NCBI GenBank assembly: GCA_004554165.1
Contig: SFNQ01000020.1
Location: 3,601-67,600 of the forward strand
From: Clostridiales bacterium
GTDB taxonomy: Bacteria > Bacillota > Clostridia > Christensenellales > CAG-138
Length of the DNA stretch: 64,000 bases
Direction: 5' to 3'
In this document: in pieces, positions 55,197 to 63,642 of the stretch
Layout of the letters: the number at the start of each line of letters is the position of its first letter
Numbering within the stretch: position 1 is the first letter of the stretch
The notes under the pieces: generated by a model
Told to the model about the DNA's origin: nothing
Database searches by the model: none
Seen by the model: the letters and a program-made list of their open reading frames with translations, nothing else
Made by a program: the position numbers and the translations under genes

Positions 55197-56609
55197 ATGA
55201 AAAAGTTCATCGCGCTCATGATGGCTCTTGCAATGGTTCTGAGCCTGGTCGCCTGCGCCGGTGCGCCCGCAACCACGGAACCCGCAGCCGAGCCCAAGAA
55301 CGAGGGTCCTGCCGCCGCGGAACCGTCCGCGGTCGAGCCCGTGGCAGAACCCGAGGCAAACCTCACCGCTACGCAGCAGATCATCAGGGAAGCTGAAGGC
55401 ATGAGCCTCGAAGAGCTGGCCAAGAAGGCGATCGAGGAATCCAACGGCGCAACCTTCTACGGCGTCGGCAACTCCAGCCGCGGCAAGTCCGCTCTGCCGC
55501 TCTTCATCGAGTACCTGCAGAGCATCGACCCGAATTACACCATGGAGTTCGACTGGCAGCAGCCGAAGAACAACAAAATCTTCGATCAGCTCACCGCCGA
55601 CTCGCTGAAGGATGTGGGCACCTATGCCATGACGCTCATCCAGGACGGCAACCAGATCGAGAGCAAGATGGTTAAAACCGGTATCCTTGATACCTTTGTG
55701 CCGCTGGACTGGGCCAACGCCAACGGAACCACCGCGGATGCATATGAGGGCTATCTCCCGCTGCAGACGCTGAACAAGGTCTTCATGTTCAACAACACCG
55801 GCGCAAAGACCTACAAGAACTGCTGGGACTTTGTGGCCGAGGGCGAGCATGGCCTCTACATGGACATCGACTCTGAGATCGTCGGCAAAAACTTCCTCTA
55901 TATGCTGACCCAGGACACCTATGCCGCTTACCTGAAGGCTGCTTACGACAAGCTCGACGCCGACAAGCAGGCCTACTTCAAGCCCGTTATTGACGAGATG
56001 GCAAACGATGCTGCCGACCTGGGCCTTGGCGCAGACGGCGCATACGCACTGGCCTGGATCAAGCTGTGGGTTGAGAGCTACAACGCCCAGACCGACGACG
56101 GCCCGATCTGCAACACCCTGGTCGACAAATCCGCCACCGATCAGTTCGGCCTGCTGGTCTACTCGAAGCTCCGCTCCGTCGAGGAGTCCGACTCCGTCTC
56201 GAAGAACAACATCACCGTCGCTGCTTATCAGGATGACTACACCGGCATCGGCGGCTATGGCTACTGCCATTACCTGTTCGTAACCGACAACAGCCCGCTT
56301 CCCTGGACCGCCTGCGCCTTCATCGCTTACATGACCTGCACCGCTGACGGCTTCAGCGCATGGGGCAAGGATATGGGCGGTTATTCCGCAAATCCCGAAG
56401 TCGCAGCGGCCACCGAGGAGAAGTACGGCCACAGCAAGGGCGGCTATGACGAGAATGGCGTAAACGTCTTCGATTGCAAGAATGACCGCGGCTTCGACTG
56501 GTGGAAGAGCCAGGGCGAGCTCGTCATTGAGGATCCTGCCTACTGCGCATCCGTGGCCTTCACCGTTGGCAGCTGGATCGAGATGCTGACCAAGTACACG
56601 GCGGGCTAA
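55197..56609 (+). CDS. ABC substrate-binding lipoprotein (unassigned specificity)
   Basis: Start trimmed to MKKFIALMMALAMVLSLVACAG, with AGGAGGAA upstream. Pro/Ala/Glu linker, then a ~400-aa SBP-like body. Confidence 0.7.
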   Translation: MKKFIALMMALAMVLSLVACAGAPATTEPAAEPKNEGPAAAEPSAVEPVAEPEANLTATQQIIREAEGMSLEELAKKAIEESNGATFYGVGNSSRGKSALPLFIEYLQSIDPNYTMEFDWQQPKNNKIFDQLTADSLKDVGTYAMTLIQDGNQIESKMVKTGILDTFVPLDWANANGTTADAYEGYLPLQTLNKVFMFNNTGAKTYKNCWDFVAEGEHGLYMDIDSEIVGKNFLYMLTQDTYAAYLKAAYDKLDADKQAYFKPVIDEMANDAADLGLGADGAYALAWIKLWVESYNAQTDDGPICNTLVDKSATDQFGLLVYSKLRSVEESDSVSKNNITVAAYQDDYTGIGGYGYCHYLFVTDNSPLPWTACAFIAYMTCTADGFSAWGKDMGGYSANPEVAAATEEKYGHSKGGYDENGVNVFDCKNDRGFDWWKSQGELVIEDPAYCASVAFTVGSWIEMLTKYTAG

Positions 56610-56649
56610 GTCTCAGACAAGCCCTTATCAAAAGTGTAATGCTGCCGGT

Positions 56650-56683
56650 CTGTCCGGGCGTGTGTCTCCATGCGCCCGGACAG
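56650..56683 (+). terminator. intercistronic 11-bp stem-loop after the binding-protein gene (possible attenuator)
   Basis: CTGTCCGGGCG (56650-56660) pairs with CGCCCGGACAG (56673-56683), then GGGTTTG. The T-tract is weak. Confidence 0.4.
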
Positions 56684-56806
56684 CGGGTTTGAAAACTTCT
56701 TGCTCGTCCCCCCGGTGCGTTCCGATCCCTTCTCTCCGGTCAGCCCCGGCCAAATCTGAACGCATTTCCTTTCTCGACACTCGCTTCACGGCATGGGAGG
56801 TCATTC

Positions 56807-58633
56807 ATGCAGCGTACAGGCAAAAAACCGAGCAAATGGCAGATTCGTCTGAACAGGCTCAAAACCTATTTCGCGAAGCCGCAAAACGTCGTCCTTCTGC
56901 TTATGGGCATCGTGCTGACGGTCACGACCGTTGCGCCCATTGTCGCCATCGTGCGGGATACGCTCATCATCCATCCCGGCACGATCGACGAGCACCTGAC
57001 CGGGATGTCGTCCGGCTATACCTTCATCAACTACGTCGATCTGTTCACGAGCAGGCTCGCCAAAACAAACCTCTGGACGCCGCTGCTCAACACCGTATTG
57101 CTCTCGGTGCTGTCCTGCGTCATCTCGATTCTGTTCGGCGGTGTGTTCGCTTTTCTCATCACGCGGACGAACCTGAAATTCAGGAAGTACCTCAGCTCCA
57201 TTTTCATCTTTCCATATATCATGCCGCAGTGGACGCTGGCCGTTGTCTGGCAGAACCTGTTTAACAGCAACGCCGTGACCGGCACGGCCAACGGCCTTCT
57301 GGCTTCGGTGTTCAACATTACCATGCCGATCTGGTGGTGCAAGGGGCTCTTCCCCAGCGCCATGGTTCTGGGCCTGCACTACGCACCCTTTGCCTACATC
57401 CTGATCGGCGGCATCTTCCGCAATATGGACGCAAACCTTGAGGAGGCCGCAACGATCCTCGATACACCGCGCTGGAAAACCATGTTCAAGGTCACGCTCC
57501 CCATGATCAAGCCGGCCATCCTCTCAACGGTGCTGCTCGTGTTCGGCAGCGCGATGGGCAGCTACCCCGTTCCGCATTACCTGAACCTTTCCACGCTCTC
57601 CACCAAGTACATCTCCATGAACTCGAAGTACACGGGCGAGGCCAGCATTCTGGCTATCCTCATGATGATCTTCGGCGTGGTCATCCTGCTCATGAACCAG
57701 GTGAGCGTCAAGAGCCGCAAAAGCTACACGACCGTCACCGGAAAATCCGGACAGACCTCGAAGTTTAACCTCGGCCGTACCGGCAAGTACGTGATCGCGG
57801 TCATCCTCATTATCGTGACCTTCTTCACGAGTATTTTCCCGATCGTGTCCTTTGCCTTTGAAACTTTCCTGCCCAACCCCGGCGATTACAGCTTCCTCTA
57901 CACCGGCAATGTCAATAACCTGACAACCAAGTGGTGGATTACCAACGAAAACGTCACCGAGAACGGCATGTACGGCCAGCAGGGCATTCTTTACAACGAC
58001 ATGATCTGGCATGCCTACGGCGGCACGATCCTCGTCTCGGTCTGCTGCGCGCTGGCAGCCGGTACGATCGGCACGCTGATCGGCTACGCCGTCTCGAAAA
58101 ACCGCCGCAGCCGCTGGGCAAACTATGTCAACAGCGTGGCCTTTTTGCCCTACCTTATGCCGTCCATCGCAGTAGGCGTGGCGTTTTTCATCCTGTTCTC
58201 GAACCAGTACATCAACCTGTTCAACACCTATGCGCTGCTCATCATCGTGGGTACGGTAAAGTATATCCCCTTCGCCAGCAGAAGCTCCCTGAACTCCATG
58301 CTCCAGCTGAGCGGCGAAATCGAGGAGGCCGCGATCATTCAGAATATCCCCTGGATCAAGCGCATGACGCGCATCATCATCCCGATCCAGAAGACCTCCA
58401 TCATCAGCGGCTACCTGCTGCCGTTTATGACCTGCCTGCGGGAGCTGTCGCTGTTCATCCTGCTCTGCGTGCAGGGCTTTATCCTCTCCACCACGCTGGA
58501 CTACTTCGACGAGATGGGTCTCTATGCTTTCTCAAGCGGCATCAACCTGATCCTGATCGTGACCATTCTCATCTGCAACGCGCTCGTGAACAAGGTTACG
58601 GGTGCGAGCCTTGACAAAGGAATTGGAGGTTAA
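56807..58633 (+). CDS. Fused two-module ABC permease (FbpB/ThiP-like, 608 aa)
   Basis: GGGAGG upstream. About 12 TM segments in two repeats, each with an EAA-like loop (LEEAATILDTPRWKTMFKVTLP, IEEAAIIQNIPWIKRMTRIIIP). Confidence 0.8.
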   Translation: MQRTGKKPSKWQIRLNRLKTYFAKPQNVVLLLMGIVLTVTTVAPIVAIVRDTLIIHPGTIDEHLTGMSSGYTFINYVDLFTSRLAKTNLWTPLLNTVLLSVLSCVISILFGGVFAFLITRTNLKFRKYLSSIFIFPYIMPQWTLAVVWQNLFNSNAVTGTANGLLASVFNITMPIWWCKGLFPSAMVLGLHYAPFAYILIGGIFRNMDANLEEAATILDTPRWKTMFKVTLPMIKPAILSTVLLVFGSAMGSYPVPHYLNLSTLSTKYISMNSKYTGEASILAILMMIFGVVILLMNQVSVKSRKSYTTVTGKSGQTSKFNLGRTGKYVIAVILIIVTFFTSIFPIVSFAFETFLPNPGDYSFLYTGNVNNLTTKWWITNENVTENGMYGQQGILYNDMIWHAYGGTILVSVCCALAAGTIGTLIGYAVSKNRRSRWANYVNSVAFLPYLMPSIAVGVAFFILFSNQYINLFNTYALLIIVGTVKYIPFASRSSLNSMLQLSGEIEEAAIIQNIPWIKRMTRIIIPIQKTSIISGYLLPFMTCLRELSLFILLCVQGFILSTTLDYFDEMGLYAFSSGINLILIVTILICNALVNKVTGASLDKGIGG

Positions 58634-58639
58634 CCTGCC

Positions 58640-60289
58640 ATGCCGAAGATTGAACTCAAAAACGTAACCAAAAGATGGGGCGGCTTTTATGCGGTCGAGA
58701 ACCTGAATCTCTCCATTGACGATGCCGCCTTTGTCACTCTGCTCGGCCCCTCCGGCTGCGGCAAGACGACGACGCTGCGCATGATCGCCGGCCTGGAAAC
58801 GCCCACCAGCGGGCGCATTGAGATCGGCGACACGGTCGTGTTCGACAGCGAACTGGGCATCAACATTCCGCCCAACAAGCGCAAGGTCGGCTTCCTGTTC
58901 CAGAACTATGCGCTCTGGCCGAACATGACGGTCTATGATAACATCGCCTTCGGCCTCAGTAACATCAAGGGCGAGATGGCGAAGATCGACTTCGATGCAA
59001 GAAACGCCGCGCGCCTGATCGAAATCCTGAAAAAGCCCGAGGACGTCGTCCACGAGATCGAGGACTGCCGCACGAAAAAGGGCGCGCTGGATCAGAAGAA
59101 GGCCTACATCAAGCTGATCGATTCCTTCACCATCTCCATGTTCACGGCCAAAGAGCTCTACCGCTACGATCTCCAAAGCGCAAAGAACCTCTCCGCCCGC
59201 GCCGCGGAGCTCACCGGGAAGCTGGAAGCAAAGCTCGCCGCCGCAAAAGAAGCGGCAAAGGCCCGGGGCTTCGCACTGAACGAGAGCTTTGAGTTCACAA
59301 AAAACGGCAAGACCGTCATGGAAGAGCGCAAGCTCACCCGGGAGGAGATCGACCTCTCCGTGCGCCGCGTCTCGCGCATCGTCAAGATCAGCATGTTTAT
59401 GGACCGCTATCCCGCGGAGCTCTCCGGCGGCCAGCAGCAGCGCGTCGCCATCGCGCGAACCCTCGCGCCCGAGCCGGCCGTGCTCTTTATGGACGAGCCG
59501 CTCTCGAACCTGGACGCAAAGCTCCGCCTTGAGATGCGCTATGAATTGCAGCGGCTGCACCTGGAGACCGGCAGCACCTTTGTATATGTTACGCACGACC
59601 AGATGGAGGCCATGACGCTGGCAACGCGCATCTGCCTCATCAACAACGGCGTGCTCCAGCAGTACGATCCGCCGCTCACCGTGTACGGCGCGCCGGAGAA
59701 CCTGTTTGTTGCGGACTTTGTCGGCAACCCCGCCATCAACTTCATCCATGCGCACGGCGAGCAGGAAGCGGACGGCAGCATCCGGATGCAGCTGCTGAAC
59801 GGCGCCCAGGCAAGGTTCACCGCAAACGATGCGCTGGATCTGTCCGCCTGGTTCCGCGCCCGCGACGAGGAGGCGGCCAGCGAGGCCGCGGCCCGCGCCG
59901 CCCGCGCCAGGGAGAAGGGCTACGTGGAAAAGAGCAACAAGGATGAAGCCTTCCACTGCCACATTGCAAAGGTCGTCGAGGACGATGATTCGCTGGCAGA
60001 GGAGCCCGTTCTGACCGACGGCGACTTTGTGCTGGGCGTACGGCCGGAGTTTGTCGTCATCACCGGGGAAGGAGCTCTCCCCGGTGAGATCTACGGCGCA
60101 ATGCCCACCGGCATGGAATCCACCTTGAAAATCCGCGTGGGCGAGTTCCTCCTTACCAGCGTGGCCTTCGGCAGCTCGCTCTTTGCCATCGGCTCCGCCG
60201 TCAGGCTCGCCTTCACGGGCAGCGGCATCCTGCTCTTCGACCGCAAGTCCGGTCGTCGCATCGCCTGCGGACGGATGGAGATTCTGTAA
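58640..60289 (+). CDS. MalK/PotA-type ABC ATPase with a large helical-subdomain insertion (549 aa)
   Basis: Walker [11 protein letters not shown]-loop FQNYALWPN (aa ~87-95), signature LSGGQQQR only at aa ~261, Walker [10 protein letters not shown]-loop YVTHDQ, and an extended C-terminal regulatory domain. Confidence 0.85.
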   Translation: MPKIELKNVTKRWGGFYAVENLNLSIDDAAFVTLLGPSGCGKTTTLRMIAGLETPTSGRIEIGDTVVFDSELGINIPPNKRKVGFLFQNYALWPNMTVYDNIAFGLSNIKGEMAKIDFDARNAARLIEILKKPEDVVHEIEDCRTKKGALDQKKAYIKLIDSFTISMFTAKELYRYDLQSAKNLSARAAELTGKLEAKLAAAKEAAKARGFALNESFEFTKNGKTVMEERKLTREEIDLSVRRVSRIVKISMFMDRYPAELSGGQQQRVAIARTLAPEPAVLFMDEPLSNLDAKLRLEMRYELQRLHLETGSTFVYVTHDQMEAMTLATRICLINNGVLQQYDPPLTVYGAPENLFVADFVGNPAINFIHAHGEQEADGSIRMQLLNGAQARFTANDALDLSAWFRARDEEAASEAAARAARAREKGYVEKSNKDEAFHCHIAKVVEDDDSLAEEPVLTDGDFVLGVRPEFVVITGEGALPGEIYGAMPTGMESTLKIRVGEFLLTSVAFGSSLFAIGSAVRLAFTGSGILLFDRKSGRRIACGRMEIL

Positions 60290-60404
60290 TCCGCAGAAAC
60301 CGTGACAAAACGGGAGGGCTTCCAGGATACGGCCCCGCTGAAGCAGGCCCCGGAGCTCAGAACCTGTGGCCTGTTGATGGGGTAAGCAATTCCGCCCAGG
60401 CGAC

Positions 60405-60443
60405 AGGAGGCGCCATTGGCAAAGGAACCAATGGCGCCTTCTG
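60405..60443. repeat. 39-nt palindromic element, copy 1
   Basis: AGGAGGCGCCATTGGCAAAGGAACCAATGGCGCCTTCTG. The stem AGGCGCCATTGG/CCAATGGCGCCT is extended by one G-U and one G-C pair. Confidence 0.8.
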
Positions 60444-60604
60444 AGATTGTCGTAAAACCCCGGGGTTGATAAGGGGCCGCAGCACCTTATGTTCCATCCG
60501 GCTCTGACGACAAGTGCGTCAGAACGGATGAAAACCCGGAGGTTTTCGTACGTTGCAGGTTTTGCCGCCCGGGAGCGAATGCGAGCCACTTTTTCGACAC
60601 GCTG

Positions 60605-60643
60605 AGGAGGCGCCATTGGCAAAGAAACCAATGGCGCCTCCTG
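60605..60643. repeat. 39-nt palindromic element, copy 2 (exactly 200 bp from copy 1)
   Basis: AGGAGGCGCCATTGGCAAAGAAACCAATGGCGCCTCCTG. It differs from copy 1 at 2 of 39 positions: one in the loop, and one that converts the G-U pair to G-C. Confidence 0.8.
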
Positions 60644-60865
60644 TTTGAGCACCGGAAAAATGCGGCGAAAATCTGCCATGGAGAACTGTCGCTATGGGTT
60701 TTCCTGTCCAGGCGTTCAGCCTGGCATTCCGGCACCATGTCAATTGGGGCGACGAATCCCTCAGGGCCGGACAGCAGACAACTGCCTCCGGCCCAACACC
60801 ATTCTCCCGGAAAACCGGATTTTACAGAGAGGGTTGGCCCTTTGTAAACCGTCAAAGCTGCGGGC

Positions 60866-61264
60866 TTACGTTCTGTTCCACCCGTTCAGCTGCTCACGCT
60901 GTCTCACATTCAGGGGCAGCGTCTCACTGTTCTCCATGCCCGTATCCGGCCGCTCAACCAAGATGATTTTGCTGCCGGCAGTCATGAGGACGTTATGCCA
61001 CCGGCCTTGATTCACACAGTAGATTTTACCTGCCTCCATGGGCTGAATGTCCAGACTTCCGTCTGCATTCAACGTAACAATATGGTTGCCCTCCGTGACC
61101 GGTATAAACAGTTCGTCCGTCAGCAGATGCCGCTCCAGGCAGTCCATGTTGCGGGCATCGCTGGCTGGCTTATAATTCTTCACGCCAACCATCCAGGCCT
61201 CATTGACATAGGAGCGTTCCAGACCTTCGCCATTGTATTCAAAAATAGAGATGCTATCTGCCAT
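60866..61264 (-). CDS. Small cupin-like protein of unknown function (132 aa)
   Basis: Start trimmed to MADSISIFEY, with GGAGGA 5 nt upstream. Beta-rich sequence with ERHLLTDELFIPVTEGNHIV...GKIYCVNQGRWHNV. The fold assignment is tentative. Confidence 0.5.
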   Translation of the reverse strand: MADSISIFEYNGEGLERSYVNEAWMVGVKNYKPASDARNMDCLERHLLTDELFIPVTEGNHIVTLNADGSLDIQPMEAGKIYCVNQGRWHNVLMTAGSKIILVERPDTGMENSETLPLNVRQREQLNGWNRT

Positions 61265-61295
61265 GGATGTCCTCCGATTCTTTTTCATGCTATTT

Positions 61296-62291
61296 TCATC
61301 TGCAGGCGTTATTTGCATTCGTTGTTGACCTGAGGCCATGTCGGCCGCAGAGATCGGCAACCTGCGCAATTCTTTCATAGGGGATGGTCCCCGGCAGTGT
61401 GCAGTCGCTGCCAAGAATCAGCTGTTTCGGCCCCGCCTCGTCAATAACTCTGGCAACAGCGCTCTCCAGCGCCCCTTCGTCTCCGTCCGTTAGAGGGCCC
61501 ACGCAGTTGTCCAGCCCGCCAAGTACAACCTTTCCCGGGAACAGGGTCTTCCCCTCCTGCAAGGAAACGCCGCTCTCCCTTATGCCCCAGTTTACAACAT
61601 CGCAGGGATAATCAAGAAAGCGTCTGAGGTTGACCCTTGGTTTGCACATATGCAGAACAACATACTTTGCGCCCGCCTCATATGCCGCGTTTATCACCAT
61701 TTTATCCAGGGGGGCGATATACCTCGCATGCTCTTCATCGGTAAAGCCGTCGCTCTCTCCTCCCAACGCAGCATAATAAATGCCATCGGCACCGGCAGAG
61801 ACAAATTCCTGCACCATTACACACAGCGTTTCCGCAATGCGTTGATAGGCATCAAAAACCATTTGGGGCGCTGTGCGCAAATGGTACAACTGCGCATAAC
61901 GACCGATGGAATCATATCTCGGGATACCGAGCAGGGTATGCGAAGCTGAAGCGACTACCCCATGGATGGTAGCGGCTGTTGCAAACTCACCGCATTGCTG
62001 AACGACAGCTTTCACAATATCCGCCTGCAAAGCGATAAAAGGCGCAGAACGGTGATAGCGTTTTACCTGCCCCCAATCCGAAGCGCATTGTATGTTCCCC
62101 TGGCAGGGGTACGTATGCTCTGTCATAACTTTGCAGATATCCGTTTTCGACCGGCGAAAATACTCCAAGTGGGCTTCAACCGCCTCCTGTCCGTAATAGC
62201 ATTCGGGCGGAAAATGCATCCAGAAGGCGGTTGGTATTCTGTCAGGAATCTGCCCGTCTAACACGGCAAATACTCGTTCTTTACTGTTCAA
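61296..62291 (-). CDS. Uroporphyrinogen decarboxylase (URO-D) family protein (MtaA/CmuA-like group)
   Basis: TTG start (complement of 62289-62291) with AAGGAG 8 nt upstream. N-terminal MNSKERVFAVLDGQIPDRIPTAFW and C-terminal LILGSDCTLPGTIPYERI are typical of URO-D-fold enzymes. Confidence 0.7.
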   Translation of the reverse strand: MNSKERVFAVLDGQIPDRIPTAFWMHFPPECYYGQEAVEAHLEYFRRSKTDICKVMTEHTYPCQGNIQCASDWGQVKRYHRSAPFIALQADIVKAVVQQCGEFATAATIHGVVASASHTLLGIPRYDSIGRYAQLYHLRTAPQMVFDAYQRIAETLCVMVQEFVSAGADGIYYAALGGESDGFTDEEHARYIAPLDKMVINAAYEAGAKYVVLHMCKPRVNLRRFLDYPCDVVNWGIRESGVSLQEGKTLFPGKVVLGGLDNCVGPLTDGDEGALESAVARVIDEAGPKQLILGSDCTLPGTIPYERIAQVADLCGRHGLRSTTNANNACR

Positions 62292-62343
62292 CTTCTCTAC
62301 TCCTTACTCATAATAAACATTCTTCAGCAGATCAGTTCAGCGC

Positions 62344-63642
62344 TCAATGCCTGAGCATCATATGCAGGATTTCCTTATCGGTCTTCCGCATGCCTACTCT
62401 GCCAAGCCGCATCATGTTCATTGCGGTCTCTTCAATATCCGCGCCCACCAGGCCGTCTCCCGCTTGAAAATCCCGGCCCTGCAAGGCCAGATCGGATGCC
62501 AGCAGGGCAGTATCCACAGCCACGGCGATTTTGGCTGCACAGGATGGTTTCGCGCCATCACACACAATTCCCGCGCTGGTAGCCAGAGCGTTACTGATTG
62601 CGGAGGATATTTCCTCAAAATTCCCGCCGCGGAGCCAGGTTATCGCCGCTCCCGCTCCGCAGGCAGCGCTGACAGCCCCGCAAAATGCCGAGAGGCAACC
62701 AATCCCGGACTTCAGTTGAATTGCAACCAGATTCGCAAGGATCAGCGCCCGATACAGCCGTTCATCATCCGCGCCAAGTTCCTGCGCATAGACGACAACC
62801 GGCAGACAAACCGTAAGCCCCTGATTGCCGGAACCGGAATTGATAATTACCGGCATGGGGCATCCCCCCATTCTGGCATCACTGCCGGCCGCGGCAAGGG
62901 CCTTTGCCCGGGTTCGCACATCGTCGCCCCGGCTCTTGATCAGGCACGCGCCTATTCCGCAGCCATAGCAATTGGCGATTCCTTCCCTGGCAATCGCGCT
63001 GTTGTATTGGATTTGGCGATCCAGCAAATCCTGTACTTCCCCGACGTCAACCGTGGCAGCATAATCAAAAATTCCATGCAGATCCAAAGCCGTCTCACGG
63101 CCGTGGGCGGCTTCTCCTTTTGGACGGGCAGCTGTCTGCAAAGTGATCGCAACCCCATTCTTTTCAGAGCGCACAACATTTGTATGGCCGCCGGCCACTT
63201 CAACAAGCGCGCTCTGGTCCTGAGCGGTCATTTCGACAAGAATATCCAAATCGGCGACGTCTTCCAGAAGTTCAACATCGCATATTCCCTGCGCCAACAG
63301 CTTGTCCATCCGATGGAGCTGTTCCGACGTCACCTTTGACAGCACTTGAAGCCCTGCGCCGCTGCAACCGACTATGCTTCCCAGCACGGCGCTCTTATCA
63401 ATACCTTTCAATCCGTCCGTCCCCGGAATCGTTACCCCTTTTACATTTTTTATCACATTACCGCTGCACCGGACCGTAATTTTTTGGGGTTCCCGGCCAA
63501 GAATCTCCCGCGCACAGGCGGCCGTAAAGGCAATGGCGATGGGCTCTGTGCATCCCGTCGCCGGTATCAGCTCCTTGCGCAGAAGCGCGGTAAAATAAGA
63601 GTAATTGTCTGCACCCAGCATAAACAATTCCTTTCCGGCCAT
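62344..63642 (-). CDS. YhaM/CyuA-like (UPF0597, serine-dehydratase-alpha-like) putative L-cysteine desulfidase
   Basis: LIPATGCTEPIAIAF near the N-terminus, and Gly/Cys-rich SGSGNQG, CLSAFCGAVSAACGAG and IVCDGAKPSCAAK. TAATG overlap with the upstream amidohydrolase. Confidence 0.7.
   Translation of the reverse strand: MAGKELFMLGADNYSYFTALLRKELIPATGCTEPIAIAFTAACAREILGREPQKITVRCSGNVIKNVKGVTIPGTDGLKGIDKSAVLGSIVGCSGAGLQVLSKVTSEQLHRMDKLLAQGICDVELLEDVADLDILVEMTAQDQSALVEVAGGHTNVVRSEKNGVAITLQTAARPKGEAAHGRETALDLHGIFDYAATVDVGEVQDLLDRQIQYNSAIAREGIANCYGCGIGACLIKSRGDDVRTRAKALAAAGSDARMGGCPMPVIINSGSGNQGLTVCLPVVVYAQELGADDERLYRALILANLVAIQLKSGIGCLSAFCGAVSAACGAGAAITWLRGGNFEEISSAISNALATSAGIVCDGAKPSCAAKIAVAVDTALLASDLALQGRDFQAGDGLVGADIEETAMNMMRLGRVGMRKTDKEILHMMLRH

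Noticed and set aside
60405-60643. A CRISPR array or plain convergent terminators
   Set aside because: There are only two copies. The repeat itself is a hairpin, the spacing is 161 nt, and no cas genes are present, so it is not a CRISPR array. There are no T-runs after the stems on either strand, so they are not canonical intrinsic terminators.
58532-60679. A 715-aa minus-strand ORF opposite the ABC ATPase. The same reasoning applies to 19639..21762 (+), 392..1303 (+), 24569..25651 (-), 47797..49548 (-) and 39133..40653 (-).
   Set aside because: All of these are antisense to well-supported genes, lack SD sites and motifs, and have low-complexity Arg/Gly/Ala-rich translations.
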